From Acidimicrobiia bacterium (GTDB lineage Bacteria > Actinomycetota > Acidimicrobiia > Spongiisociales > JAOTWH01), in contig JBFJZV010000001.1 of NCBI GenBank assembly GCA_041621915.1, positions 1 through 37,785 of the forward strand: 37,785 bases of DNA. The letters run 5' to 3'. A program made the position numbers and the translations under genes. Of this stretch, positions 17,216 to 24,142 are shown piece by piece; position 1 is the first letter of the stretch; each line of letters opens with the position of its first letter. The notes beneath the pieces are model-generated. The model had not been told where the DNA came from. It did no database searches and worked only from the letters and a program-made list of their open reading frames with translations.

Positions 17216-18089
17216 CGGTCAGGGCTCCGACCGGTGCGGGGTCCGGCTCGTCGGCGGGACGCAGCAGCAGGTACACCACGGCGCCCACGACGATACCGCC
17301 CAGCAGCAGCCCCCACAGTGCGACGTTGCCGTCGACCGCCTCGAAGGCTCGCTGCGAGAGATCCTCCAGGAACCGGAACGCTCCAGACTCGCCGAGGCCC
17401 TCCGGGCCGGTCGACAGGTTCGTCACCCAGAACCACACGATGTAGGCGCCGGCCGCCACGAGGATCGCCCCGGCCACCCGGTTGACGTGCCGCACGGCAC
17501 CGCGCAGCCACCGGACCAGCGACTGCTGGCCCAGCGCCAGCGCCAGGGTCAGCACCATCAGAACCAGCGACATGCCCAGCCCGTAGGCCAGGAACGTGGC
17601 CAGGCCCTCGACGAAGTTGCCGGTGGTGAGCTGGGAGGCCACCACCGTGAGGAACACGGGCAGCGTGCAGGACAGCGAAGCCGCCGCGTAGGACATGCCG
17701 AACACGAACATCGCGCGCAGGCCGCGCCCGGTGCCTGCCCGGGAGGCCTTCGGCAGCGACACCACCGGTGTGAAGCCCGCCAGCATCGCCACCCCGAGCA
17801 GGAGCACCGCGGCGCCCACCAGCAGCGCGATCCAGGGGATCCAGTCGATGACGGCCCGGAACCCTGCCGAGATCACCAGCCCGGTGACGCCGAACACCAC
17901 CATGAACGCAGCCGCCATCACCACGCCGACCACCAAGGCGCGCCGCACCGCGGCCGGCCCACCCGCCTCGCGCTCGTCACCCAGGCCGACGAAGTACGAC
18001 ATGTACGCCGGCAGCATCGCGAAGCCGCACGGGTTCACGGTGGCGACGAGGCCGGCCCCGAAGGCAAGGGCCAGCGGCGCGTCGATCAT
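17202..18089 (-). CDS. ccdA: Cytochrome c biogenesis / thiol-disulfide transporter CcdA (DsbD-family transmembrane protein)
   Basis: MIDAPLALAFGAGLVATVNPCGFAMLPAYMSYFVG has the CcdA-type Cys in the first TM helix, and a second conserved Cys lies in AAASLSCTLPVFL. The ATG overlaps the upstream tlpA-like stop (ATGA at 18086-18089). Confidence 0.9.
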   Translation of the reverse strand: MIDAPLALAFGAGLVATVNPCGFAMLPAYMSYFVGLGDEREAGGPAAVRRALVVGVVMAAAFMVVFGVTGLVISAGFRAVIDWIPWIALLVGAAVLLLGVAMLAGFTPVVSLPKASRAGTGRGLRAMFVFGMSYAAASLSCTLPVFLTVVASQLTTGNFVEGLATFLAYGLGMSLVLMVLTLALALGQQSLVRWLRGAVRHVNRVAGAILVAAGAYIVWFWVTNLSTGPEGLGESGAFRFLEDLSQRAFEAVDGNVALWGLLLGGIVVGAVVYLLLRPADEPDPAPVGALTGGGD

Positions 18090-18649
18090 GCGGAGACGCC
18101 GAAGAGCTCGGCGATGCGCTCCTCGAGCTGGCTCTGGGTGAGCGGGCCGTTGTGCTTCTCGACGATCTGGCCGTCTGCCGACACGAACACGGTGAACGGC
18201 ATGCCCAGCCCGCCGAGCTCGGCATAGAGGTCGCCGGCCGGGTCCTCCCCGAGGTCGAACAGCACGCCGGTGTCGTCGACCAGCCGCAGCGCGGCGTCAC
18301 GGGTGTCCTGGATGTTCATGCCCAGGAACGCCACCTCGCTGCCCAGGTCCTCCTGCACGGGACGGAATGCCGCCGACATCTCAGCGACGCACGACGGGCA
18401 CCAGGACGCCCAGAAGTTCACGACGAGCGGCCGGCCCTCGTAGTCGGCGAGCGTGGCGGTCGACCCGTCGAACATGGCAAAGGCCAGCTCCGGCACCGGC
18501 GGGCCGGCCGGCTTCGGCATGGCGGCCACGTCGTCGCCTGCGGGCGCCTCATCACCCGAGCTGCCGAAGAACACTACGAACCCGGCGACCACGAGGAAGA
18601 CGACGACGAGCGCGGCGGCGAGGATGCGATTGCGGGTCTGGCCGTCCAT
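18086..18649 (-). CDS. TlpA/ResA-family membrane-anchored thioredoxin-like thiol:disulfide oxidoreductase
   Basis: The ATG at 18649 gives MDGQTRNRILAAALVVVFLVVAGFVVFF (TM anchor). The WCPSC CxxC active site sits in VVNFWASWCPSCV. The remaining upstream part of track ORF 18086..19147 is antisense to bpa. Confidence 0.9.
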   Translation of the reverse strand: MDGQTRNRILAAALVVVFLVVAGFVVFFGSSGDEAPAGDDVAAMPKPAGPPVPELAFAMFDGSTATLADYEGRPLVVNFWASWCPSCVAEMSAAFRPVQEDLGSEVAFLGMNIQDTRDAALRLVDDTGVLFDLGEDPAGDLYAELGGLGMPFTVFVSADGQIVEKHNGPLTQSQLEERIAELFGVSA

Positions 18650-18832
18650 CGTGATAGAGAACGGCGGCGGGGTGGCTGCCGTTCGCAAGACTGTCGGACT
18701 TCCGACACTCAGGCCCCGACGCCGAAGAGCGTCTCGAGCTTGCCGAGCAGGGTCGTGGCGCTCATGGGGCGGGCATTCCTCACCCGGCCGCCGATACACT
18801 GCGCGCCCGATCGACAGGAAAGGACCACCACG

Positions 18833-19297
18833 ATGCCCGACGACGTACCGGCTCCCGATGCCGTGGCCGCCGAGGTCGTCGAGGCCAGCGGCGACGAGGG
18901 CATGTCTCTCGACGGCTCCAAGCTGATGCGCATCGGCGCCATGACGCGCGCAATGCTCAACGAAGCCCGCCAAGCTCCGCTCGACGAAGCCGGGCGCCGC
19001 CGCCTCCAGGAGATCCACACTCGCTCGATCCAGGAGATGTCCGGCGTCCTCCCGGAGGAACTGCGCGACGAACTGAACGAGATCTTCGTCCCGCTGGCCG
19101 GCGGCGAGGTCGCCACCGAGTCCGAGCTGCGCATCGCCCAGGCCCAACTCGTCGGCTGGCTCGAGGGGCTGTTCAACGGGATCCAGGCGGCGCTGTTCAC
19201 CCAGCAGATGGCAGCCCGGTCGCAGCTCGAACAGATGCGGTCGCAGAAAGAGCTCGACCGTTCTCGGGACGATCGGGTGGGGGGCGTCTACCTCTGA
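18833..19297 (+). CDS. bpa: Bacterial proteasome activator Bpa/PafE family
   Basis: The ATG at 18833 follows caggaaaggacc. KLMRIGAMTRAMLNEARQAPLDEAGRRRLQEIH...ELRIAQAQLVGWLEGLFNGIQAALFTQQMAAR closely parallels the mycobacterial Bpa (Rv3780) sequence as I recall it. The C-terminal ...GGVYL (19280-19294) corresponds to the GQYL 20S-docking tail. Confidence 0.9.
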   Translation: MPDDVPAPDAVAAEVVEASGDEGMSLDGSKLMRIGAMTRAMLNEARQAPLDEAGRRRLQEIHTRSIQEMSGVLPEELRDELNEIFVPLAGGEVATESELRIAQAQLVGWLEGLFNGIQAALFTQQMAARSQLEQMRSQKELDRSRDDRVGGVYL

Positions 19298-19320
19298 GCC
19301 GTGGCGCTCTGCTGCGCGCG

Positions 19321-20070
19321 GTGCCCGATTCGTTCGCAGCCGCCATCACCATGGACGGCTCCGACCCCGGCATCGACGCGGCACTCGCCCGTCACCAGCA
19401 CGACGGGTACCGGAAGGCGCTGGAGGCCGCCGGATACGAGACGGAGGTGCTCCCGGCCGACGAGGCGCACCCCGACAGCCCGTTCGTCGAGGACACCGCG
19501 GTCCTACTGGCAGGCGTCGCGCTGCTGACGCGGCCGGGGGCCGCGCCGCGCCGGGGTGAGGTGGCGGCGGTGGCCGCGGCGCTGGCCCGGCGATTCCCAA
19601 CCGTGCAGATGGCGGCTCCGGCCACGCTCGACGGCGGCGACGTGCTGCAGGTGGGCGGCACGGTGTACGTCGGCCGCAGCTCTCGCACGAACGACGCGGG
19701 GATCGACGAGGTGAGGGACGTGTGCTCCGGCGCCGGGCTGCGGGTGGTGCCCGTCGGCGTGTCGGGCGTCCTCCACCTGAAGTCGGCTGTCGTGCCCATC
19801 GGCGAGTCCGCAGTGCTGGGTCGCGCCGACGCCGTGGACCCTGGGCCGTTCGCCGGCATCTCGTGGCACGAGATGCCGGCCGGGGAACGGGGGCGGGCCA
19901 GCGCGCTCGACCTCGGGAACGGCACCGTGCTCGTCCCGGCAGGGTGCCCCCGGACCGCCGCCGTGGTGGCCGGCGCTGGAGCGGCTCCGGAGATGGTGGG
20001 CGTGACCGAGTTCGCCAAGGCGGACGGCGGGCTGACGTGCCTGTCGATCCGGTGGCTCGACGAGGTTTGA
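19321..20070 (+). CDS. Dimethylarginine dimethylaminohydrolase / amidinotransferase-superfamily enzyme
   Basis: PDSFAAAI...HQHDGYRKALEAAGYE...PDSPFVEDTAV...GGDVLQVGGTVYVGRSSRTN...HLKSAV... and the C-terminal catalytic-Cys motif GGLTCLSIRW fit the DDAH-like fold. GTG 19321 is the first canonical start. The family N-terminus usually begins a few residues earlier, so the start is uncertain. Confidence 0.8.
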   Translation: MPDSFAAAITMDGSDPGIDAALARHQHDGYRKALEAAGYETEVLPADEAHPDSPFVEDTAVLLAGVALLTRPGAAPRRGEVAAVAAALARRFPTVQMAAPATLDGGDVLQVGGTVYVGRSSRTNDAGIDEVRDVCSGAGLRVVPVGVSGVLHLKSAVVPIGESAVLGRADAVDPGPFAGISWHEMPAGERGRASALDLGNGTVLVPAGCPRTAAVVAGAGAAPEMVGVTEFAKADGGLTCLSIRWLDEV

Positions 20071-20123
20071 GGTTTCGGGAGCGCGGGTATGGGCACTCTT
20101 TGAGCCCGAGGAGGCGGAGGAAC

Positions 20124-20396
20124 ATGGTCACGGAGGCACTCGAGACGGCGATCTCCTGGCGCGAAGAGGCAGCGTGCCTGGGGGCGGATCCCGATCTGTT
20201 CTTTCCGGTAGGCGAAGGCGACCTGGAGTCGATCAGCGCCGCCAAGGAAGTGTGCGCGATCTGCCCGGTGAAAGAGGACTGCCTCGCATACTCGCTGGAG
20301 ACCAATCAGACCGACGGCATCTGGGGCGGCCACACGGCCACCGAGCGCCGCAGGATTCGCCGCCGGTGGCTGCGCGAGCTCCGCGAAGCGAGCTAG
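20124..20396 (+). CDS. whiB: WhiB-family Fe-S transcriptional regulator
   Basis: The ATG at 20124 follows ggaggcggagg. Four Cys are arranged in the WhiB pattern (AACLGADPDLFF...CAICPVKEDC). The GIWGG turn and a basic C-terminal tail (RRRIRRRW) are present. Confidence 0.9.
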   Translation: MVTEALETAISWREEAACLGADPDLFFPVGEGDLESISAAKEVCAICPVKEDCLAYSLETNQTDGIWGGHTATERRRIRRRWLRELREAS

Positions 20397-21040
20397 GACC
20401 CTTCGTCGTCCGGCTCGACCAGCGCGGCGAGCCGGCTGGCGTAGGCCGCCGCCTCGCTGCGGTTGCTCATCTCCATCTTCGCCAGCATGTTCGACACGTA
20501 GTTCTTGACGGTCTTCTCGGCGAGGAAGATCTCGTCGGCGATCTGGCGGTTGGTCTTTCCCTCTGCGATCAGGTCGAGCACCCGGCGTTCCTGGGGTGAC
20601 AAGCGGCTGAGCAGCGGGTCGCCGTGGTCGGCAGATTCCACTCTGTGCCGCATCCTGGCGGTCAGCTCGGGCTCCAGCAGCGACTCGCCGGCCGCCGCCC
20701 GCCGCATCCCGTCGAGCAGCTCGTCGGCCTGGATGCGCTTGAGCAGGTAACCGGCGGCGCCGGCCATGACCGCCGCCACGAACGCCTGCTCGTCGGCGAA
20801 GGCGGTGAGCATCACCACCGCAGTGCCGGGACTGCGCGACCGGATCTCCCGGCACGCCTCCACGCCGCTGCCGTCGGGCATCTGCACGTCGAGGATCGCG
20901 AGCTGGGGCTGATGCTCGACTGCGGCGGCCACAGCCGCCGTCACGCCCGCCGCCTCCGCCACGACCTCGAACTCTCCGGTCGACTCGATCAGGTCGCGGA
21001 GGCCGGCCCGGACGACATCGTGGTCGTCGGCGAGCACCAC
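20393..21040 (-). CDS. NarL/FixJ (LuxR-type HTH) response regulator, no adjacent histidine kinase
   Basis: The receiver domain has VLADDHDVV and the phospho-acceptor Asp in AILDVQMPDGSG, then MLTAF. The C-terminal LuxR HTH is LSPQERRVLDLIAEGKTNRQIADEIFLAEKTVKNYVSNML. The start is uncertain: GTG at 21040, or CTG at 21061 overlapping the thiolase stop. The upstream 150 codons of the track ORF are antisense or out of frame with the thiolase gene. Confidence 0.85.
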   Translation of the reverse strand: MVLADDHDVVRAGLRDLIESTGEFEVVAEAAGVTAAVAAAVEHQPQLAILDVQMPDGSGVEACREIRSRSPGTAVVMLTAFADEQAFVAAVMAGAAGYLLKRIQADELLDGMRRAAAGESLLEPELTARMRHRVESADHGDPLLSRLSPQERRVLDLIAEGKTNRQIADEIFLAEKTVKNYVSNMLAKMEMSNRSEAAAYASRLAALVEPDDEGS

Positions 21041-21057
21041 CCGGATGGGCTCGGTGC

Positions 21058-22224
21058 TCAGCTCAGCCGCTCCACGATCATGGCCATGCCCTGGCCACCC
21101 CCGACGCACATGGTCTCGAGCCCGATGGTCTGGTCCAACGACTCCAGGTCGTTGAGGAGGGTGGTCATGATGCGGGCGCCGGTCATGCCGAACGGATGGC
21201 CGAGCGCGATCGCGCCGCCGTGGGGGTTGAGCTGGTCTTCGACGTCGATGCCGAGCTCGTCGCACACCGGCAGCACCTGAGCGGCGAAGGCCTCGTTGAG
21301 CTCCACGACGTCGACGTCGCCGATCACCATGCCCGCCTGGTCGAGCACCTTGCGCACCGCGTCGATGGGGCCGACGCCCATGATCTCCGGCGCCAGTCCC
21401 GACACCGACGATGCGATGATGCGCGCCTTCGGCTCCAGCCCGAGCGCCCGGGCCCGATCCTCGGCCATCACCAGCACGGCGGCGGCGCCGTCGTTGAGGG
21501 GGCACGAGTTGCCGGCGGTCACCTTGCCGTCCGGCACGAACGACGGCGCCAGCTCGGCGAGGCGCTCCAGCGTGGTGTTGGGGCGGGGGCCGTCGTCGTC
21601 GTCGGCGACGTCGCCATCGCCGATCGGGTAGGGGGTGATCTCGCGGGCGAAGAACCCGTTCTTCTGCGCCTCGACGGCGCGATCCTGCGACAGCTTGGCG
21701 AACTCGTCCATGGCTTCACGGCTGACGCCGAACTTCTCGGCGACGTTCTCGGCGGTGTTGCCCATCGGGATGTACACGTGGTTGATGAAGTCGTCGCGGT
21801 CCTCGTCGACGAAGCGCCGGTTGAGGTCGTCGGCGGAGAAGCCCTTGCCCATGGCCCGGGTGACGCTCTCGACGCCGCCGGCCACGTACGCGTCGCCCTC
21901 CCCGGCCTTGATGGCGTGGAACGCCATGCGGATGGTCTGCAGCGACGAGGCGCAGAAGCGGTTGACGGTGGTGCCCGGGACGGTGTCCGGCAGCCCGGCG
22001 AGCAGGGCGGCGTTGCGGCCGATGTTGTAGCCCTGTTCGTGGTGGGTGAGGCCGCAGCCGATCATGACGTCGGCGACCGACGCCGGGTCGACGGCGGGCA
22101 CCTTGCCCATCAGCGACTTGATGATGAAGCCGGCCATGTCGTCGGGCCTGACGCCGATCAGCGAACCCTTGTACGCCCGCCCGATCGGCGTGCGGGCGGT
22201 GGCGACGATGACGGCTTCGGCCAT
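21058..22224 (-). CDS. Acetyl-CoA C-acetyltransferase (thiolase II)
   Basis: MAEAVIVATARTPIGRAYKGSL..., the active-site Cys in NRFCASSLQ, and the C-terminal NEAFAAQ, GHPFGMTGAR and CVGGGQGMAMIVERL motifs are all present. Confidence 0.95.
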   Translation of the reverse strand: MAEAVIVATARTPIGRAYKGSLIGVRPDDMAGFIIKSLMGKVPAVDPASVADVMIGCGLTHHEQGYNIGRNAALLAGLPDTVPGTTVNRFCASSLQTIRMAFHAIKAGEGDAYVAGGVESVTRAMGKGFSADDLNRRFVDEDRDDFINHVYIPMGNTAENVAEKFGVSREAMDEFAKLSQDRAVEAQKNGFFAREITPYPIGDGDVADDDDGPRPNTTLERLAELAPSFVPDGKVTAGNSCPLNDGAAAVLVMAEDRARALGLEPKARIIASSVSGLAPEIMGVGPIDAVRKVLDQAGMVIGDVDVVELNEAFAAQVLPVCDELGIDVEDQLNPHGGAIALGHPFGMTGARIMTTLLNDLESLDQTIGLETMCVGGGQGMAMIVERLS

Positions 22225-22308
22225 GGTGGGCTCCTCCGGGTGAGAAGCCGAGGGTAGTGGCAGTGGTTTCTTCCGCTGTGCGGGTTCCCCCGCCGCGCGG
22301 GGAAGTGG

Positions 22309-22327
22309 CTCGGCCCGCAGGGCCGAG
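22309..22327 (-). terminator. Stem-loop downstream of the M23 peptidase gene (candidate terminator)
   Basis: ctcggccc (22309-22316) pairs with gggccgag (22320-22327) across a 3-nt loop, about 76 nt beyond the M23 stop on the minus strand. There is no clear U-tract. Confidence 0.3.
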
Positions 22328-22402
22328 ACGAGGGGGTGCGGATGTTCGGAGGGTGCAACTCACGGCCGACAGCCGGTGAGCAGCGTCGGCGCGGTCCGAG
22401 CC

Positions 22403-23110
22403 CTACGGTAGCCGCGGTGTGACGTCGTCGCCGGTCGTCCAAGCCTGGAGGTATTGGTACGGCGGCACGACCCCTCTCCGGACCACCCAGTCGCCTGGGA
22501 ACGTGGGTCGTGAGATCCCGAAGTGCACGTGTGGTGGGGTCGGGGCGGCGTTGCCGGTGCGGCCCACCTGCCCGATCACCTGGCCGGCCCGCACCCGGTC
22601 GCCCGCGTCGAGGCGGGCGACGACGCTCCGCAGGTGCGAGTAGTAGTACCGCACGCCGTCGTCGCCGACGATGCTCACGTAGAGGCCGCTGCGGGTCGCC
22701 GGGTCGTTGACGTCGGGGTCCCACTCGTCGACCCGCCCGACCTCGTCGACGACCCCGGCGGTCACCGCCACCAGCGTGCTGCCCTCGGCCGCGAAGATGT
22801 CGGTGGCCGGGTAGTCGTGGTGGTCGGGCCCGTAGTCGGCCGCCCCGGGCGGCTGGACCGGGAAGTAGTAGCGCCGGCCGGGCACGTGCCACGGCTCGGG
22901 CGGCGGAGCGGTGGTCGTCGGCGCCGCCGTCGTGGGGGCAGGCACCGTCGTGGTGGTCGTGGTCGTCGGCGCCGCCACCGACGCCGGTGGAGCCGGGGTG
23001 GCGGAAGTGGTCGGCGGGGGGACGGAGGACGTCGCCGGCGCAGCGACGTCGCTGCAGGCGGCGACGGCCAGCAATCCCGCGGCTACGAGGGCGAGGCGGG
23101 CGACTCCCAC
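22403..23110 (-). CDS. M23 (LytM-type) peptidoglycan metalloendopeptidase, lipoprotein
   Basis: The GTG at 23110 gives (M)GVARLALVAAGLLAVAACS (lipobox); the alternative GTG is at 23152. A Pro/Thr-rich linker follows. M23 motifs are HHDYPATDIF, YYYSHL and GRTGNAAPTPPHVHFGI. Confidence 0.85.
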   Translation of the reverse strand: MGVARLALVAAGLLAVAACSDVAAPATSSVPPPTTSATPAPPASVAAPTTTTTTTVPAPTTAAPTTTAPPPEPWHVPGRRYYFPVQPPGAADYGPDHHDYPATDIFAAEGSTLVAVTAGVVDEVGRVDEWDPDVNDPATRSGLYVSIVGDDGVRYYYSHLRSVVARLDAGDRVRAGQVIGQVGRTGNAAPTPPHVHFGISRPTFPGDWVVRRGVVPPYQYLQAWTTGDDVTPRLP

Positions 23111-23145
23111 GATGTGCGGAGCATAAGGTCGGGGGTGGAGTACCG

Positions 23146-23688
23146 ATGACACGCCTCGACGACCTGATGCCCGACTACCAGCAGCGGACCCGCAACTGCC
23201 GAGCCGTGGTCGGCGCGCCCGAGGCGGCCGTGGCCGCGGCGCGCCGCCTGGAGGTGCGGGACGTGCGGGGGCTACGACTGCTGCTCGGCGTGCGTGCCCT
23301 GCCGGGCGTGGCCCGCGGCCGCTCGCCCATTGCCGCGGGCGGCCTCGTCGACCTCGCGCTCCGCTACGGGTTCGGCATCCTTGCCGATGAGCCGGGCGAG
23401 CTGGTGGTGGGGCTGATCGGCCAGCCGTGGAAGCCGGTGGGCGGCGAGGTGGTCCGGTTCGACGGTCCCGCCCGGTTCACCGCCTTCAACCGTCCCGGGT
23501 TCGTGAAGGTGGCGGCCGACGTCCGGGCCGAGCCGACCGGGCCGGGGTGCGTGGTGTGCACCGAAACCCGGGTGGCCGCCACCGACGCCGGCGCGGCGCG
23601 CCGGTTCGCCAGGTACTGGACCGTGATCCGCCCCTTCGGCGGCGTGGTGCGGCGGTCGCTCCTCGCCGCGGTCGCCAGGTCAGTCTGA
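23146..23688 (+). CDS. Hypothetical protein (possibly SRPBCC/DUF2867-like ligand-binding fold)
   Basis: The ATG at 23146 is in frame within track ORF 22987..23688. Third positions are GC-rich. The C-terminal pattern CTETRVAATDAGAARRFARYWTVIRPFGGVVRRSLL resembles a conserved actinobacterial family. I cannot confirm the family assignment. Confidence 0.65.
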   Translation: MTRLDDLMPDYQQRTRNCRAVVGAPEAAVAAARRLEVRDVRGLRLLLGVRALPGVARGRSPIAAGGLVDLALRYGFGILADEPGELVVGLIGQPWKPVGGEVVRFDGPARFTAFNRPGFVKVAADVRAEPTGPGCVVCTETRVAATDAGAARRFARYWTVIRPFGGVVRRSLLAAVARSV

Positions 23689-23689
23689 G

Positions 23690-24117
23690 TCAGGGCGCCT
23701 GCAAGTGCACCGGGCCGAAGCCGCGTGTCGACAGCTGCTCGGCGGCCACCCCGACCAGGACCGGCACGATGACGACCGGGACGCCCACGGCCCGCATCCA
23801 CGTGAGGATGGTGGCCTCCTTGAGCACCCAGTCGGACTCGACGGCCTGCTCGCTCAGCAGCAGCACCGCTCCGTCGGACTTGGCGAGCGCGAAGTGCAGG
23901 CCGTCACGCCACTCGGCGGGGGGGTCGAACCCGGCGCCTCGAGCCGGTCGACCAGCTCCTCGCGGAGCCGGTGGAGGGCGTCGGCTCGCCTCCATGTGGC
24001 CCGCTCCCCGGCGCTCGCCCCGGCCGGCTCCGGGCCGGGATCCCGGATGCTGTGGCTTATGAAGATCGACGGCGCGCTCGTCGGCCACCCCCTGCTCGTT
24101 CCCGCTCGCCGAATCTA
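23690..24117 (-). pseudogene. Small standalone TIR-like domain gene, frame-disrupted (pseudogene, or indel errors in homopolymer-rich sequence)
   Basis: The 3' two-thirds are track ORF 23690..24088: ...FDPPAEWRDGLHFALAKSDGAVLLLSEQAVESDWVLKEATILTWMRAVGVPVVIVPVLVG..., which carries the TIR alphaC SxWVxxE motif and an hhPVL beta-D strand. The expected beta-A strand IFISHS (24066-24049) and the helix ADALHRLREELVDRLEA are encoded in a different minus-strand frame that also has the better GC3. The two frames meet at 23918-23940, which includes a G7 run (23918-23924 on the plus strand). The upstream frame is closed by TAG at 24117-24115 and has no canonical start. Confidence 0.55.
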
Positions 24118-24142
24118 GTTGGCCGGCCGCCGCCGGTCTCGG

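Noticed and set aside
23995-23997. Internal ATG as the true start of an N-terminally shortened TIR-like protein
   Set aside because: The codons from this ATG to about 23935 have poor GC3 (cga, cct, cca, gct, gga, ggt), whereas the alternative frame has good GC3 and encodes the expected TIR beta-A and alpha-A elements. A frame disruption explains the data better.
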